The position numbers and the translations under genes are program-made. Below, one piece after another: positions 50,185 to 62,240 of a stretch of 64,000 nt of DNA; within the stretch, counting starts at the first letter, position 1; each line of letters begins with the position of its first letter. The DNA lies in contig CDRNST010000294.1 in the NCBI GenBank assembly GCA_977016875.1, positions 1,674,001 through 1,738,000 on the forward strand. Reading direction: 5' to 3'. A model generated the notes under the pieces. The model was given only the letters and a program-made list of their open reading frames with translations. It ran no database searches and had not been told where the DNA came from. Source of the DNA: Pavona decussata. Its lineage: Eukaryota.

Positions 50185-51070
50185 GTGATTACTGTCACTG
50201 AGAAGAACACAACAGTGGTCACTGACTGGATTGAGTCGATCAATACAGCCGTCAATATGACAAACGAGAAAAAGATTCAGAAGAGCTTAAGTACTACAAT
50301 AAGTCCGAGACCAAATAAGAGACAGAGTGATCAGAATTTAACCCCTTTAGCAAGCAAGGTTGCCGACAATAAGGACACTCCAGTCAAACACGTGCCCCCC
50401 ATACCACTGGATCTTGACAACGAGGAGGCGTCAGGCAGCAATCAAATGGGAAGTTTTGTATCCGCACTATGGCCTTTACTTGAAGTGTGGTTAAATACAT
50501 GGATGACCTCGTTTGCTGAGAGGAAGGTGGAAGAAGCAGCAGCGAAGGCAGTTAACGATTATATCTCGTCAGAGTTCTTCAAAGAGGATATCGAAAACAC
50601 TGTTGACAAAGTAATTCCGACCCTTGCGCTTGATCCAATAAAAGCGAAGTGCGACGACTTTGAGCAATATTCGCGCAGAAATAATATCAGAATCGTTGGA
50701 GTACCTGACTCTGCCGAGGAGAATACTGACGCCGTAACTATGCAGCTGTTGAAGGAAAAGCTTGGTGTTGAGGTAAAAGAGTCCGACATCTGTCGTTCTT
50801 ATCGCGTTGGAAGGAAAAAACCGGGGCAGCAACGACAAATCATCTATCATGCGTAAAAAGAAAGTACTGAGAGATGCTGGCGATGACCTCAAGATACAGG
50901 AAGACCTAACCCAAGGACGTCTAGTTGCAATCAAAAAGCTAAACAACGAATACAAGGAAAGGATTCTCACTCTATGGACTATTGATGGAACAATAAACAT
51001 TAGACAAAAATCTAACACAGATGAAATTTTATCTGTCAGAAAGCTTAATGATCTTGATAAAGTTATGTAA
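50185..51070 (+). pseudogene. LINE ORF1 (L1-ORF1-like RRM), frameshifted
   Basis: DDFEQYSRRNNIRIVGVP..DICRSYRVG; IQEDLT..WTIDG in the next frame. Confidence 0.8.
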
Positions 51071-51473
51071 AAATTGGTAAGTGGACTATAAATGAACTGT
51101 TGGTGGTGTGTTAGCCTTTACTTACTTACCTTACTAGTTCGCTATTACTACTTCTAAACTGGTAAGAGGATAATTAATGATGTTTCAACTATTAGTAAAT
51201 TACTTGCTATAAATTAGACAAAGATAATCAGTGAAATGATATTTAATTAATTTAGTCGTTGGATGAGTTAAAATCGTTAAATTAATGACTTCTTATATTG
51301 CATTCGATTCGCATATGAAAGCATTTTACTTCAATTTATAATTCCCCTGTATTTTGAAATTGTTGATTTTAAATACTTAGGTTCAAGTTTGAATAGCCAA
51401 TTTGTAGGGTATTGTGGATCCGATTGCTATTGTTGAAATTAATTGTTATATTTAGCTGTGGGCATATTGATTA

Positions 51474-54400
51474 ATGCCCCTTCGTTCCTGTTCTGTTTGT
51501 TCTAAAAGAGTATACGGTAGTCAACGAGGGATATTTTGCAACTGCTGTAATCATTGGGTACATTTAAAATGCTCAAAATTTTCATATAAGGAGTACATTA
51601 GCCTATCAAATGATGACTCAGACTGGTACTGTCATTTGTGTATCATGGAAATCCTTCCCTTTAACAAGCTAGAGGAATTTGAGTTTCAGTTAGTCCTTGC
51701 TGAATTTGCCATGGGTCCAACAAAGCTTGGCTTTAAATCACTCGACGAATTCCACATTAACCCATTTACATTAAATAACATAAACACCAATAAAGTAATA
51801 GATGAGGATAGTGACCCAGATGTAAATTTTTATAACCATACAAAAAATGAAGACAATTATTACTCAGATAATGAGTTAAACAAAGTGCTAAAAGATCTAG
51901 GCATAAATCATTCAAAGAATCATTTTTCTCTTATGCATTTAAATGCAAGAAGCATTAATAAAAACATTGAAGCAATTAATCAGATGTTAAGTTCTCTGGA
52001 AATATCTTTTGATCTTATTGGTATTAGTGAAACATGGATTCCAGAAGGTAATGATCTTATTCAAATGGAAAATTATAAGTTTTTATGTAATGGAAGAAAA
52101 TACAGAAAAGGGGGTGGTATAGGTATTTACCTTAAAGAAGCATTCAATTACAAATTAAGGAAAGATTTAAGCATTTTTGATGAGGACATAATGGAATCAC
52201 TTTTTATTGAATTGGTTAGTGAGGAGAATACGAACATAATAGTGGGTGTCATCTATAGAGCGCCAGACTCAGATGTTAAAAGCTTTCTCAAAAGCTTCTC
52301 TGAGATAACAGAGAAACTCAACCTTGAGAACAAAAATTGCTACCTACTTGGGGACTTCAACATCAACTTACTCAGTGTTAACGACTCATATATAGCAGGT
52401 GAGTTTCTGGATATTATTTACTCCTCTTTCTTTAAGCCACTTATTAGTAAGCATACTAGAATAACAACTAACACAGCTACACTAATTGACAATATCTTCA
52501 CAAATGTTTTTGATGATAAGGCTACTTGCGTTAATGGACTTGTTTGTGCTGAAATTTCTGATCATATTCCCATCTTTCATATTCATAAAACTAAAGATGA
52601 GCAAAATAAACAAAAGAAAGAAGCCAAGTTTATTAGACGATATGATAAAAATTCTTTAGAAACATTTAAGAACAAATTGGATTGTATTGATTGGAATGAA
52701 ACTACATATAATGTGGACCCAAACATAGTTTATGATAACTTTATAAAGAAATTTTCAGAAATACACAACTCATGTTTCCCACTTAAAAAGGTAAAATCCA
52801 AAAACAAAAGAATAAAACCCTGGATTTCAAAAGGCATGCTAATTTCAATTAAGAGAAAGAATTTGCTGTATAAATCCTACATTAGGTCACCTAATATTAC
52901 AAACAAAACGAAGTTTACCATTTACAGAAACAAACTAAATCATCTTTTAAGACTCTCGAAAAAACAATACATTAATATTAAAATACAAGACTCTGAAAAT
53001 AAAATGAAAGAGACATGGAAAATCTTGAACTCCCTCCTTAATAAAAGTAAAGGTAGAGGTAATTACCCTTCCTATGTTTTAGATAACATCATCAAGGATA
53101 CAGATTCTCTTACAATAGCAAATAAGTTTTGCAATTATTTCTCAAAAATAGGGTCAAATCTTGCAAAAAAAAATTCCTTCAACAGATACAAGTTATAAAA
53201 CCTTCTTGGAAGGAAGTTATATGAACAGCTTATTTTTCAAAGAGGCAACACCAGCAGAAATTCAATCCGTCACCATGAAATTAAAAAATAACACTAGTTA
53301 TGGCTTTGATGAACTAAGTACAACTCTGGTCAAAAAAGTTATTCCATTGATATCTGACACTCTTAGTGAAATTATAAACTTGTCCCTTTCCACGGGAATT
53401 GTGCCAGAAAATATGAAAATATCAAAAATCATACCACTTTTTAAATCTGGTAAAAATACCATTTACAAAAATTACAGGCCAGTATCAATTTTACCTTCGC
53501 TATCGAAGATTGCAGAGAAAATTGTATATAATCGACTCTGAGATTATTTAAATAAACTTGACATTCTTAACACAAATCAATATGGCTTCAGGCAAATGCA
53601 CTCCACTTACATGGCAATGATAGATTTTGTGGAAAAAATTAATACAGCAGTTGACAAGGGTGAATACTCTATAGGTATTTTTTTAAGACTTAGCAAAAGC
53701 CTTTGATACAGTGAACCATGCAATTTTGTTAGACAAACCTGAACATTATGGTATAAGAGGAATACCACTGCTATGGTTTAAGATTTATTTATCCAACAGA
53801 AAACAGTATGTGCACTATAATGCAATAGACTCACAAATGATGGGCATAACATGTGGGGTTCCTCAAGGGTCTGTTCTTGGCCCACTTTTATTTTTGATTT
53901 ACATTAATGATATTACTTCTTCAAGCAAATTGTTTTCTTTCACACTATTTGCTGATGACACTAACATATTCAATAAAAATACAAGTCTTAATCAGTTATT
54001 CACTATAACTAATAATGAATTAACAAAGCTCTCAGTATGGTTCAAAGCAAATAAATTATCTTTAAATATCTCTAGAACAAATTATATGTTATTTTTAAAC
54101 AGAAAATATATTAAGAGTGATGCCATTGATCTTAAAATAGATGAAAGCATTATTAACAGAGTAAGTGAATGCAAGTTTCTGGGTACAATAATAGATGAAA
54201 ACCTAACATGGAAACCTCACATCAACTTAATAACTAATAAAATATCAACAAATGTTGGAATTATGTTTAAAGTAGGGCAATTTCTATCTAAAGTAACAAT
54301 CAAAACTTTATACTACTCTCTTGTTTACAAATATATCCACTATTGTAATATTATTTGGGCCAACAATTTTCTTACACGATTGTCTAGAATTGTCACACTT

Positions 54401-54580
54401 CAGAAAAGAGCAGTTAGGACCATAGCCAAAATTAAGTATAGAGACAGCACAGTTGATGCCTTCAAAGAGCTAAAAATATTAAAAGTTAGGGAAATAACTG
54501 ACCTAGAAATCTTTCTTTTTATGTTTAAATTCTATAATAATCAACTTCCAAAGCATTACATTTGTATAAGAGAAAAATGA
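51474..54580 (+). pseudogene. LINE ORF2: PHD finger + APE endonuclease + reverse transcriptase, disrupted
   Basis: CSVC..CNCCNHWVHLKC..WYC; HLNARS, ISETW, GDFN, SDH; NYRPVS, GVPQGSVLGP, FADD; frameshifts and a stop. Confidence 0.92.
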
Positions 54581-55069
54581 AAAAATATTCTTGACAAATC
54601 AGCAGTTGCAAATTTTTCCCTCCAATTAAGTACAATGTTCTATTTTATTGCTTCGTTGATTATTTTCTTGAAATCTTGACTAGTAATAATACCAGATGTG
54701 TAAATATGAATATAAGAATATATGAATATTGTCAACAATTCTATTTCTCATCATTAAAACTATTTTTAGTTAATAATAATTATCTAACTAAGCTGCAGTT
54801 GACCTCAATCTAAAGGGATCTATAACTTCAAGCATTTTTTTGCTTTTCTATAGACTCCCTCCTCACTATTTAATTTAGTATTGTATAATTATCATGAGCA
54901 ACAATGTAGTAGTGATGGAAGCAATAAATTGAAATTGAAATTGAAATTGAAAAAAGCTCGTCTTGGTGTGGACCAGACGATACAAAAAGGAGAGAGTTCG
55001 AGTCAAATGAATCATTCGAGAGATGCTCACGGTTACCCTTTGACTGGAGAAGATGTTTTCCCGTAAAAA

Positions 55070-55725
55070 GAGGAGCAAAAAGACGTAAAATGTGTTGGCA
55101 GCTTACCACGATCCTGCTGCTAGTGGAAGTTTGGGTGGTGTGCAACGATTTGCCGAAGCACAAGGGATCTCCGTCCAAAAGGCTTTATCGTACTTGGAAA
55201 AGGTTGTGGGTTACACCTTGCACTAACCTCGACAAAAACATTTCAAGACGCTTCCCGTCGTGGCAGAGGGACTGGATCATCAATGGGTGGCTGATTTGGT
55301 GGAGGTACAAAGACTGTCGAGGTATAACCGAGGCTATCGTTACCTCTTGACGGTGATAGACATCTTGTCGAAATACGCTTGGGTACAACCGCTCAAAGAC
55401 AAGACGGGAGTGCAACTGGTCAAGGTCTTCGAGAAGATCTTGAAAACGGGACGACGCCCCATCCAATTACAGACGGATCGTGGCAAAGAATTTTACAACA
55501 AAACGTTCCAACAATGTTTGGAAAAGGAACGAATTCATCATTTTTCCACGCACGGAGACGCCAAAGCTGCTATGGTGGAACGTTTTAATCGCACCTTGAA
55601 GACTCGCATGTATCGTTATTTCACCTCGGCCAACACGCTGCGTTACGAAAATGTGCTTTAGGCTTTGGAGAGAGGTTACAATGCGAGCAAACATCGTAGT
55701 ATTGGCATGGCACCGAAAGACGGCA
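55070..55725 (+). pseudogene. Polinton retroviral-like (rve) integrase, truncated
   Basis: YHDPAASGSLGG, WVADL, IDILSKYAW, QTDRGKEF, VERFNRTLK, YNASKHRSIGMAP; stops present and C-terminus missing. Confidence 0.9.
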
Positions 55726-55789
55726 CGTTCCAGAATGAAAGAAAAGTGTGGCAACTTGAACCATTTCATGTCCGAACGCAAGAAACAAG

Positions 55790-55993
55790 ATGGTGGCAAT
55801 CAAAAAAAAAATGCTACGAGAAGTCTTAAGAGGAGGTATGCAAGGTAGATTGACTGGATTGAAAAGTAGTCGGAGTTTCTCGGATCTCAAAAACAAGCCT
55901 GTAAAAGGATTTCAACAAGGTCTGAAACGGAAAGCCAAACAAGTCCTCGGACGAAAAATTACCAAAAGAGCCAGAGATATTTTTGGAGTATGA
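55790..55993 (+). pseudogene. Small basic Polinton protein fragment (core-protein-like)
   Basis: K/R-rich, ends RARDIFGV, lies upstream of the capsid gene. Confidence 0.4.
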
Positions 55994-56373
55994 ATCGACC
56001 CATTCGCTCCATTCCTAGACGCTTGAAGTCGGCAAAAGGCATGGTTCAGCGAGATTGATTGCTGTTACCACAAAGGATGATGTTAAGGAAACCAGCCATT
56101 CAGCGAGGAGATGATTTGAAGAGTTACTTGAAAAGAAAGAGGGTAGAGAAGTTAAAAAGAGGAGAAAAATCAGGAAAAGATTTCCAGAATTGACCAAAAA
56201 CATTCAAGAATAAGCCAGACTACTGAATGAGAAGAAAAGAAGAAGGAAGAAGTGAGGTGGATGGATTTCGTCGTCGGTGGCCAAACCACCCGGTTATGAC
56301 CTGGTACGTTATCTTGAACAAAGGTATAAAAGTGGACGCAACCAACGCAAACGTTATTGAAATCATCATCATC

Positions 56374-57700
56374 ATGGGAGAGGCTGATGTGGCTCACGTC
56401 CGCTCCGATTTGGAAATCAATCCCAGCCTCGACTTGTTCGACGTGCCTGAGACGGACATTTTCTACAATGGCTATCGTATGGTCACCATCAATCCCACCA
56501 CCACAGGCATTACTCCGATGGAATTTGTGGTGCCTGCTTTGGATGACTACGTGGATTTGAACCGAAGTTATTTCCAAATGAAACTGAGACTCAAGTACAC
56601 GGATGGAAGCAATGTAGTCTCGGCAGGCAATCACATCGTCAACAACATGGCTCATTCCGCCATCAAGTATATCTCCGTGAGACTCACTGGTGTGTTGATC
56701 AGTCCTCAGACAGACACCTATCCTTACAAAGCCTTTTTTGAAACCTTGCTAAATTACAACCGAGATGAAGGACAAACTATCTTAGTGCCTCAAGATTGGT
56801 TCAACGTCTTTGACCTACAAGCCAAATTGGAGTCCACCACTGGTGCTGACACACTTAAGGGAACTGGTCAGATCGATGCTCAGAAAACCAATCGAGCTGC
56901 CTTGCAAATAGCCACGGGAGATTATGTCAACAAAGAGAAGTGGTTAATGTTCAAACCTCATCTGGAAGTGTTTCGCACGGAAAAAGTATTGATACCACAA
57001 ACAGAAATCAAGATTCAGTTCCACTTCAATGATCCTGATTTCTGGACCTATGGAAGAACTCAACTGGCCACTGCTGCTAACAACAAGAGCATTCTGTTGC
57101 TACCGGAGGACATCGAAATCCGCTTCATGTTGTGTCAGTTGCGATTGAATTCCATTCTGTAGAAGACTCTCTCTGAAAAGACAAACTAAACCTTATAGCG
57201 AGTATCCCGTGGTCAGAGGAGAAATCAGAACCTACACGTTTCAAGGCACCACAGGCAGTTGGGAAAAAAACAATATCTTCCAAGGCAGGATTCCCGATCG
57301 CATGATTGTGGGATTGCCGGATGCCAACAACAAGAGCATTCGGTTGCTACCGGAGGACATCGAAATCCGCTTCATGTTGTGTCAGTTGCGATGGAATTCC
57401 ATTCTGTAGAAGACTCTCTCGCCGAAAAGACAAACTAAACCTTATAGCGAGTATCCGGTGGTCTGAGGAGAAATCAGAACCTACACGTTTCAAGGCACCA
57501 CAGACAGTTGGGAAGAAAACAATATCTTCCAAGGCAGGATTCCCGATCGCATGATTGTGGGATTGCCGGATGCCAAAGCCTTCAATGGGGACAGAAACTA
57601 TTACCCCTTTGCCTTTCAAAAGTTTGGACTGGAAACCATCAAGCAAATTGTGAGAGGAGAAGAATACCCCTACGAGACATTGGAATTTCACGGAACGATT
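56374..57700 (+). pseudogene. Polinton major capsid protein (PY/hexon-like), disrupted and 3'-truncated
   Basis: LDLFDVPET..PMEFVVP..DYVDL..VNNMAHS..YPYKAFFETLLNY; later NIFQGRIPDRMIVGL..AFNG..YPFAFQKF. Confidence 0.85.
57079..57574 (+). repeat. ~248-bp tandem duplication inside the capsid gene
   Basis: 57079-57325 repeated at 57326-57574, with tgc(t/c)aa microhomology at the junction. Confidence 0.9.
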
Positions 57701-58253
57701 GCTGCTAGACAACTTGGAGTTGTTTCAAACGCCTCCCAAGGACATCCATTATGGTTACGGAGCGTCACAAGATGGTTTTAAACGCATGAAAAAACGTGGC
57801 ATCCAGCTTCAGGAATGGATTCCAGAGTTGAGCGACTTGGTCAAATGGTTTCCTCAAGGTGGACTCTTGGTCATGGACGACTTGATGGACGAAAGAGGCA
57901 GTGACAAGCGCGTCTTGGATCTCTTCACCAAATATTCCCATCACCGAATCATCACTATCTTGTACCTTTGTCAAGACATGTTTCCCGTGGGTAAATATGC
58001 CAAGAGCATTTCGCGCAATTCTCATTACATCGTGGCCTTCAAAAACGCTCGAGATGGATTGGGTATTCAAAATTTGTTATTGCAATCGTTCCCCTCCATT
58101 TGGAAGGATGTGCTTCAGGTCTTTCATCGGGCTACGTCACGTCCCTTTGGTTATCTGTTATTGGATCTTCGTCCCGCGTCATCCGATGACGTTAGACTCT
58201 ACAGATATATATTGAACGACAAAGGTTGGACGCGTTGTTACAAGAACGCTTAA
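57699..58253 (+). pseudogene. FtsK/HerA-type packaging ATPase, N-terminus (Walker A) missing
   Basis: LLVMDDLM (Walker B), FTKYSHH..ILYLCQ, ISRNSHYIV.FKN.RD, PFGYLLLDL. Confidence 0.88.
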
Positions 58254-58254
58254 G

Positions 58255-58752
58255 ATGGAGATGAGTGAACAAGCGTGGAACGATATCATCGAGAAAGAAA
58301 TAACAATGAGTGACTATGAGTTGAAACGAAACGACATCAAGTTTAGAGAGGTCATGCAAAGCATCTTTTCAGACCATCTCAACTCTATGCCTTCCGACGC
58401 TATGGATTACGAGCATCTGCAAAACATCCTCAACCTCATCAAATCTTGTCAATGGAGAGCCATAGGTCCCTATGTGGAGAAAGTTAACGAAACGCACTTC
58501 AGAGAACTCATCCAAACACTTATGAAAAGAACACAACAACGACTGTACAAAAAGTTGTTGATGGATTGCATAGCATACAAGATCACCATGCTGGATCCGT
58601 GGGAAGAATACCACAATCTCTTGGAAGAACCTCTCAGGAAGGTATTTAAACTCCTTGATGATAAGAGGTTTGATGAAGTCGATACCTGCATCGACAGCGT
58701 GAATTTCTTCCGAGACGAAGTGGAAGATCATAAGAGAAGAGCAAGAGTTTAA
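58255..58752 (+). CDS. Polinton hypothetical protein (165 aa)
   Basis: Intact ATG ORF packed between the ATPase stop and the next ATG. Confidence 0.55.
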   Translation: MEMSEQAWNDIIEKEITMSDYELKRNDIKFREVMQSIFSDHLNSMPSDAMDYEHLQNILNLIKSCQWRAIGPYVEKVNETHFRELIQTLMKRTQQRLYKKLLMDCIAYKITMLDPWEEYHNLLEEPLRKVFKLLDDKRFDEVDTCIDSVNFFRDEVEDHKRRARV

Positions 58753-59054
58753 TGACAGACGATCCTTACGCATCATCCTCTGACTTCGACCTGGCTTTGC
58801 CACGAGAGAGAGAAAGAACCCTTGCCTCAGCTGCCACTGGGACGGCAGCAGACCTATCCACTCCCCGAGTAAGAAGAATCTACACACCCCTTCATCCAGC
58901 TGGGGTGGGAACCGGTGGTACTCAAGCAGTGAGACAAACGGTGACCCGAGACATTCTTCAAGATGCCTTGTCCCAAGCCGACATTGACCTCGATCCACCA
59001 ACCTACAGTCCAGCTGGATTGGGGTCACCCTCACCTACACCACCACCTCCATGA
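58752..59054 (+). CDS. Polinton hypothetical protein (100 aa, possibly truncated)
   Basis: ATG overlaps the previous stop (TAATG). Confidence 0.45.
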   Translation: MTDDPYASSSDFDLALPRERERTLASAATGTAADLSTPRVRRIYTPLHPAGVGTGGTQAVRQTVTRDILQDALSQADIDLDPPTYSPAGLGSPSPTPPPP

Positions 59055-59252
59055 ACACCCACTGTTCGTCCAGCTGGTATCGGGGTGGCTACGCGTCCCA
59101 GAAGACCTAATCCTTCTCCCACCCGTGGGCCGTGGATTTTGCGGCACCCGTCACCGACCGATTTTCCCAAAAGTACGATGCCACGTTCGTGTACGTCCCC
59201 TTAGAAGAAGAGGAGGAGACAGAAAGGGGGTATAGCGCCTTTTCTCATTCCA

Positions 59253-59579
59253 TTGGTCACTCTGATCGGCAAGGCGGCAGCTTCGGCTGCTGTGAGTGCA
59301 GCTGCAGGTCACGGTGTCAAAAAACATCTCAAGAGAAAGGACCATCTTTTTACTAAAGAATGTTGGCCAGGACCTAAAGAATATAAAAGAGGTGGTTACA
59401 TCTACTCATCCAATGGAAAGTCCAGACGACGGCAAGGGGGGAAAGGTGGATTGTTGAGTTCACTGGGGGCTGCTGTCAAGTTGGGTTTGAAACTAGGAAG
59501 AGATAAACGTTATAAAAGAATGGGAGCGATCGGATCAAGAGGTCATTACAAGTCAAATCCAAGACCATGGGCAGTATGA
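59253..59579 (+). CDS. Basic Gly/Lys/Arg-rich core-like protein
   Basis: RRRQGGKGG and KRGG motifs resemble protease-processed polintovirus core proteins; start uncertain. Confidence 0.45.
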   Translation: MVTLIGKAAASAAVSAAAGHGVKKHLKRKDHLFTKECWPGPKEYKRGGYIYSSNGKSRRRQGGKGGLLSSLGAAVKLGLKLGRDKRYKRMGAIGSRGHYKSNPRPWAV

Positions 59580-59860
59580 AGACCATCAAACGTAATTTAC
59601 CCTTCATCAAACCGTTTTTTCGTCAAGCCAATCGTTACAAGAGACAAGAGATGATGAGGTATGCCAATAAGGATCAGATCGATGCCGTCAGCGAAATCGT
59701 GCTCAACCTGTTAAAAAAAAGATTCCTGTTCAACCCCCTTTGATTGCCCAGTTGAGAAGACATAAAAGGGCGCTGCGCGAGATAAATAGGCAGAAAAATT
59801 CGGTCAAGCGACGACGAGAGGTGCTGATGAGACAAAGAGTGAGTGGCTTGTGGACGTCAA
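59576..59860 (+). pseudogene. Polinton-type basic core protein, frameshifted
   Basis: MKTIKRNLPF..ANKDQIDAVSEIVLNLLK /fs/ LRRHKRALREI..KRRREVLMRQ. Confidence 0.55.
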
Positions 59861-60092
59861 TGAACCATCTGCTCTGTCAATGTCTGCTGAAACGAAAAAG
59901 TTTTTGGTGGGTTTGTTACAAGAAAGCAACGAGAAGTACGACGTCCTGGCAGAGGAACATAGGGACTTGAAAAGACGATATAAGAGACTCGAGGAAGAAC
60001 CCACTTCAAGTGGAATTTTCTCTATTGTGCGAGAACTGTTGTAAGGAATTTGGTAAGATTTGCCAAGAGTGTAGTGCCAGACTGGACAAGAT

Positions 60093-60700
60093 ATGGAAGA
60101 AGTATTGATGGTTCCTCCTAAAGAAATGGAAATATTGGTTCGGTACAACAAGGGAGAATTGACCGAGAATGCCTTGCTCAACAACGCGGCGAGAATGGCA
60201 GCCAAACGAGATCTTCTGTTGAAAAGCAAACCACCGGCTGGGATCATCAAGGCCAAGGTCAACTCACTTTCCAGGGAGCTACACCACCTCACCAAAAGAG
60301 GCAGACGCGGTCCTACCAGTGGTTTGGGTGGCATACTGGAAGAGGGGGAAGAGGCGGACGACGATGCTTTGGTCACCGGTCTCATGGAACAAGTCATCAA
60401 AAAATTGATAAAAGCCACGCCCTCGAAAAAAGACATCCAAAAGGAGATCGTGAAGGAAGGGAAGAAAGAAATCAAAACACCTGCCACACCCAAGTCTTCT
60501 TCTTACTGGGAGGAACTTCATAAGCAGACCGACGCATTGCAAAAAAAAAGTGACAGTAAGAAAGCCAGAAATCGAAAAGTTGAAAACCATTCCTTGTTGA
60601 ACGATCTGGGACAAACCCGTCAAGCGCAAGTCGAAAGACGACTTTTAAAAAAAACTAGATGGTCAACAAACGAAGGCAGCTCCCATGAAGGAAAAGACGT
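60093..60700 (+). CDS. Polinton hypothetical protein, 3' end uncertain
   Basis: Long ATG ORF in the same gene block; no function recognised. Confidence 0.45.
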
Positions 60701-60721
60701 AAGCAACAACGCGATACAGGG

Positions 60722-61057
60722 GTGGACGTACAAAAATGGATTTCCAAACTGGGCATCGAATTTCACCCACCCGGTTACCAGTACATAGGTCCAGGCACCA
60801 AATTGGAAAAACGATTGAGGCGGGGTGACCCTGGCAAGAATCGATTGGATCGCATCACCAAGCAGTACGACATCGACTATTCGAAAGCCAAGAACATTCG
60901 TGACAAGTGGAAAGTGGATGAAAAAATGGTCAAAGCCATTGATCGTTTACCCGGCAGAAAGACGATGATGGAACTCGTGGCTCGAAGCATCATCAAGACC
61001 AAGGAACGTTTACATTTGCAACTTTATTGCAATCTTTTTTACACGTTTGAACAGTAA
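60722..61057 (+). pseudogene. Parvovirus VP1u-like phospholipase A2-type protein
   Basis: PGYQYIGPGT (Ca-binding loop), NRLD..KQYDIDY (HD motif with H>Y), KVDEKM. Confidence 0.8.
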
Positions 61058-61122
61058 AAAAAAAAAATGTTCACTGCTCATTGTTCATTTTTCTTCTTCA
61101 ACTGGTTAATCTTGAATGTGAT

Positions 61123-61665
61123 CTAGTCGTGCGGGATCTGACACTCCGCCAAGGCACAGTGGGCGGTTCCCATTCCATTATGATGTCCGCTGTCCCAAAC
61201 TTCGTGACCAAGTCCCATATGCATGAGGTCGTGCACTTTCGGACATCCAAATTCTTCCAGGTCAACACAGGGGATATGAGGTGATACCAACAGCTCTCTT
61301 TCGATACGTCCTCCTTTTTACGCTACCACCGTTCTGTCCTCTGTCTTGTACTGATTATAGAAGTTGACTACATCCACTGGCAGTTGGTCTTGTGGTTTGG
61401 CATTTTAAAAATGTGTGGGGACGTACGGTAAACCATGAATGCGACGCCTCACAAATGACACTTGCTTCACCTGGCTCGGTAACAGCTCCGTGTACTTCAT
61501 GGGTATCTCGTAGAAATGGTTCCCATAACTACCCAGATAATTGGAGTACCCCAACTCACGCGCATAGAACTTGGGAAGAAAGAAACCCTCCATATTGATG
61601 ATGAGGCAGATCCTTTCCAGGGCACGCGTCTCTGCCAAAGTCAGGTACTCGCTGATCGAACTCAT
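61123..61665 (-). pseudogene. DEDD/Maelstrom-like nuclease-fold protein, disrupted
   Basis: IINMEGF..FYARELG..IHGLPY /fs/ VVA*KGG..DLEEFGCPK..DSGHH..HCALAEC. Confidence 0.55.
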
Positions 61666-61866
61666 CTTTCAGTCGGCTCACAAGACAATGTTGATCAGTC
61701 TAACCACCTTTTCGGTTAAATAGGGTCACCTTTTCCACACTCGATCTGAATTGTGGGTGAAAGAAAAGAGGGGTATGGGGGTACCCCCTTCACGTACAGG
61801 TCATGTGACCAAGTCCCCTTAACCTTATAAAAAGGGGAGACCACTTCCCATCAACACCTTTTCGAC

Positions 61867-62240
61867 ATGAGCCAACAACGAAGCAGTCGAAGACTCCGAG
61901 GCTTACCGGCTGAGATCACACAGACAACCTTCCGTTCTTTCTGTCTGTTGGAGGGAGACGCATGTTACGTGGGAACCTTTCAACTCAACTGTTGAAAACA
62001 GTTTGTACACTGGAGCTACTTTCAAAGATGGAAGCGTAACCATGACACTTGTCCACTCTGCCGACAACACAACATGGAAGAAGAGCCTGTGCCAGAAGAG
62101 CCTACACCCATTGCTAACCCGATCCAGACACTCAACCTAGAAAACTTCACCAAAGCTGAAATCATATCACGCTTGGAACGTTTGTTGGATGTCAATTTGC
62201 TCAGAAGGGAAATGGAACAAGTGGGTGGATTTTTCATTTT
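61867..62240 (+). pseudogene. Degraded RING-finger protein
   Basis: MSQQRSSRRLRGL..RSFC..LNC*KQFVHWSYFQRW..TCPLCR; TATA at 61826-61832. Confidence 0.55.

Larger units (their letters stand above)
50004..54955 (+). mobile_element. Near full-length CR1/L2-type LINE nested in the Polinton
   Basis: 5' caagatggc motif, ORF1, ORF2 and a 3' (AAATTG)n tail at ~54926-54950; markedly more AT-rich than flanking Polinton DNA. Confidence 0.88.
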
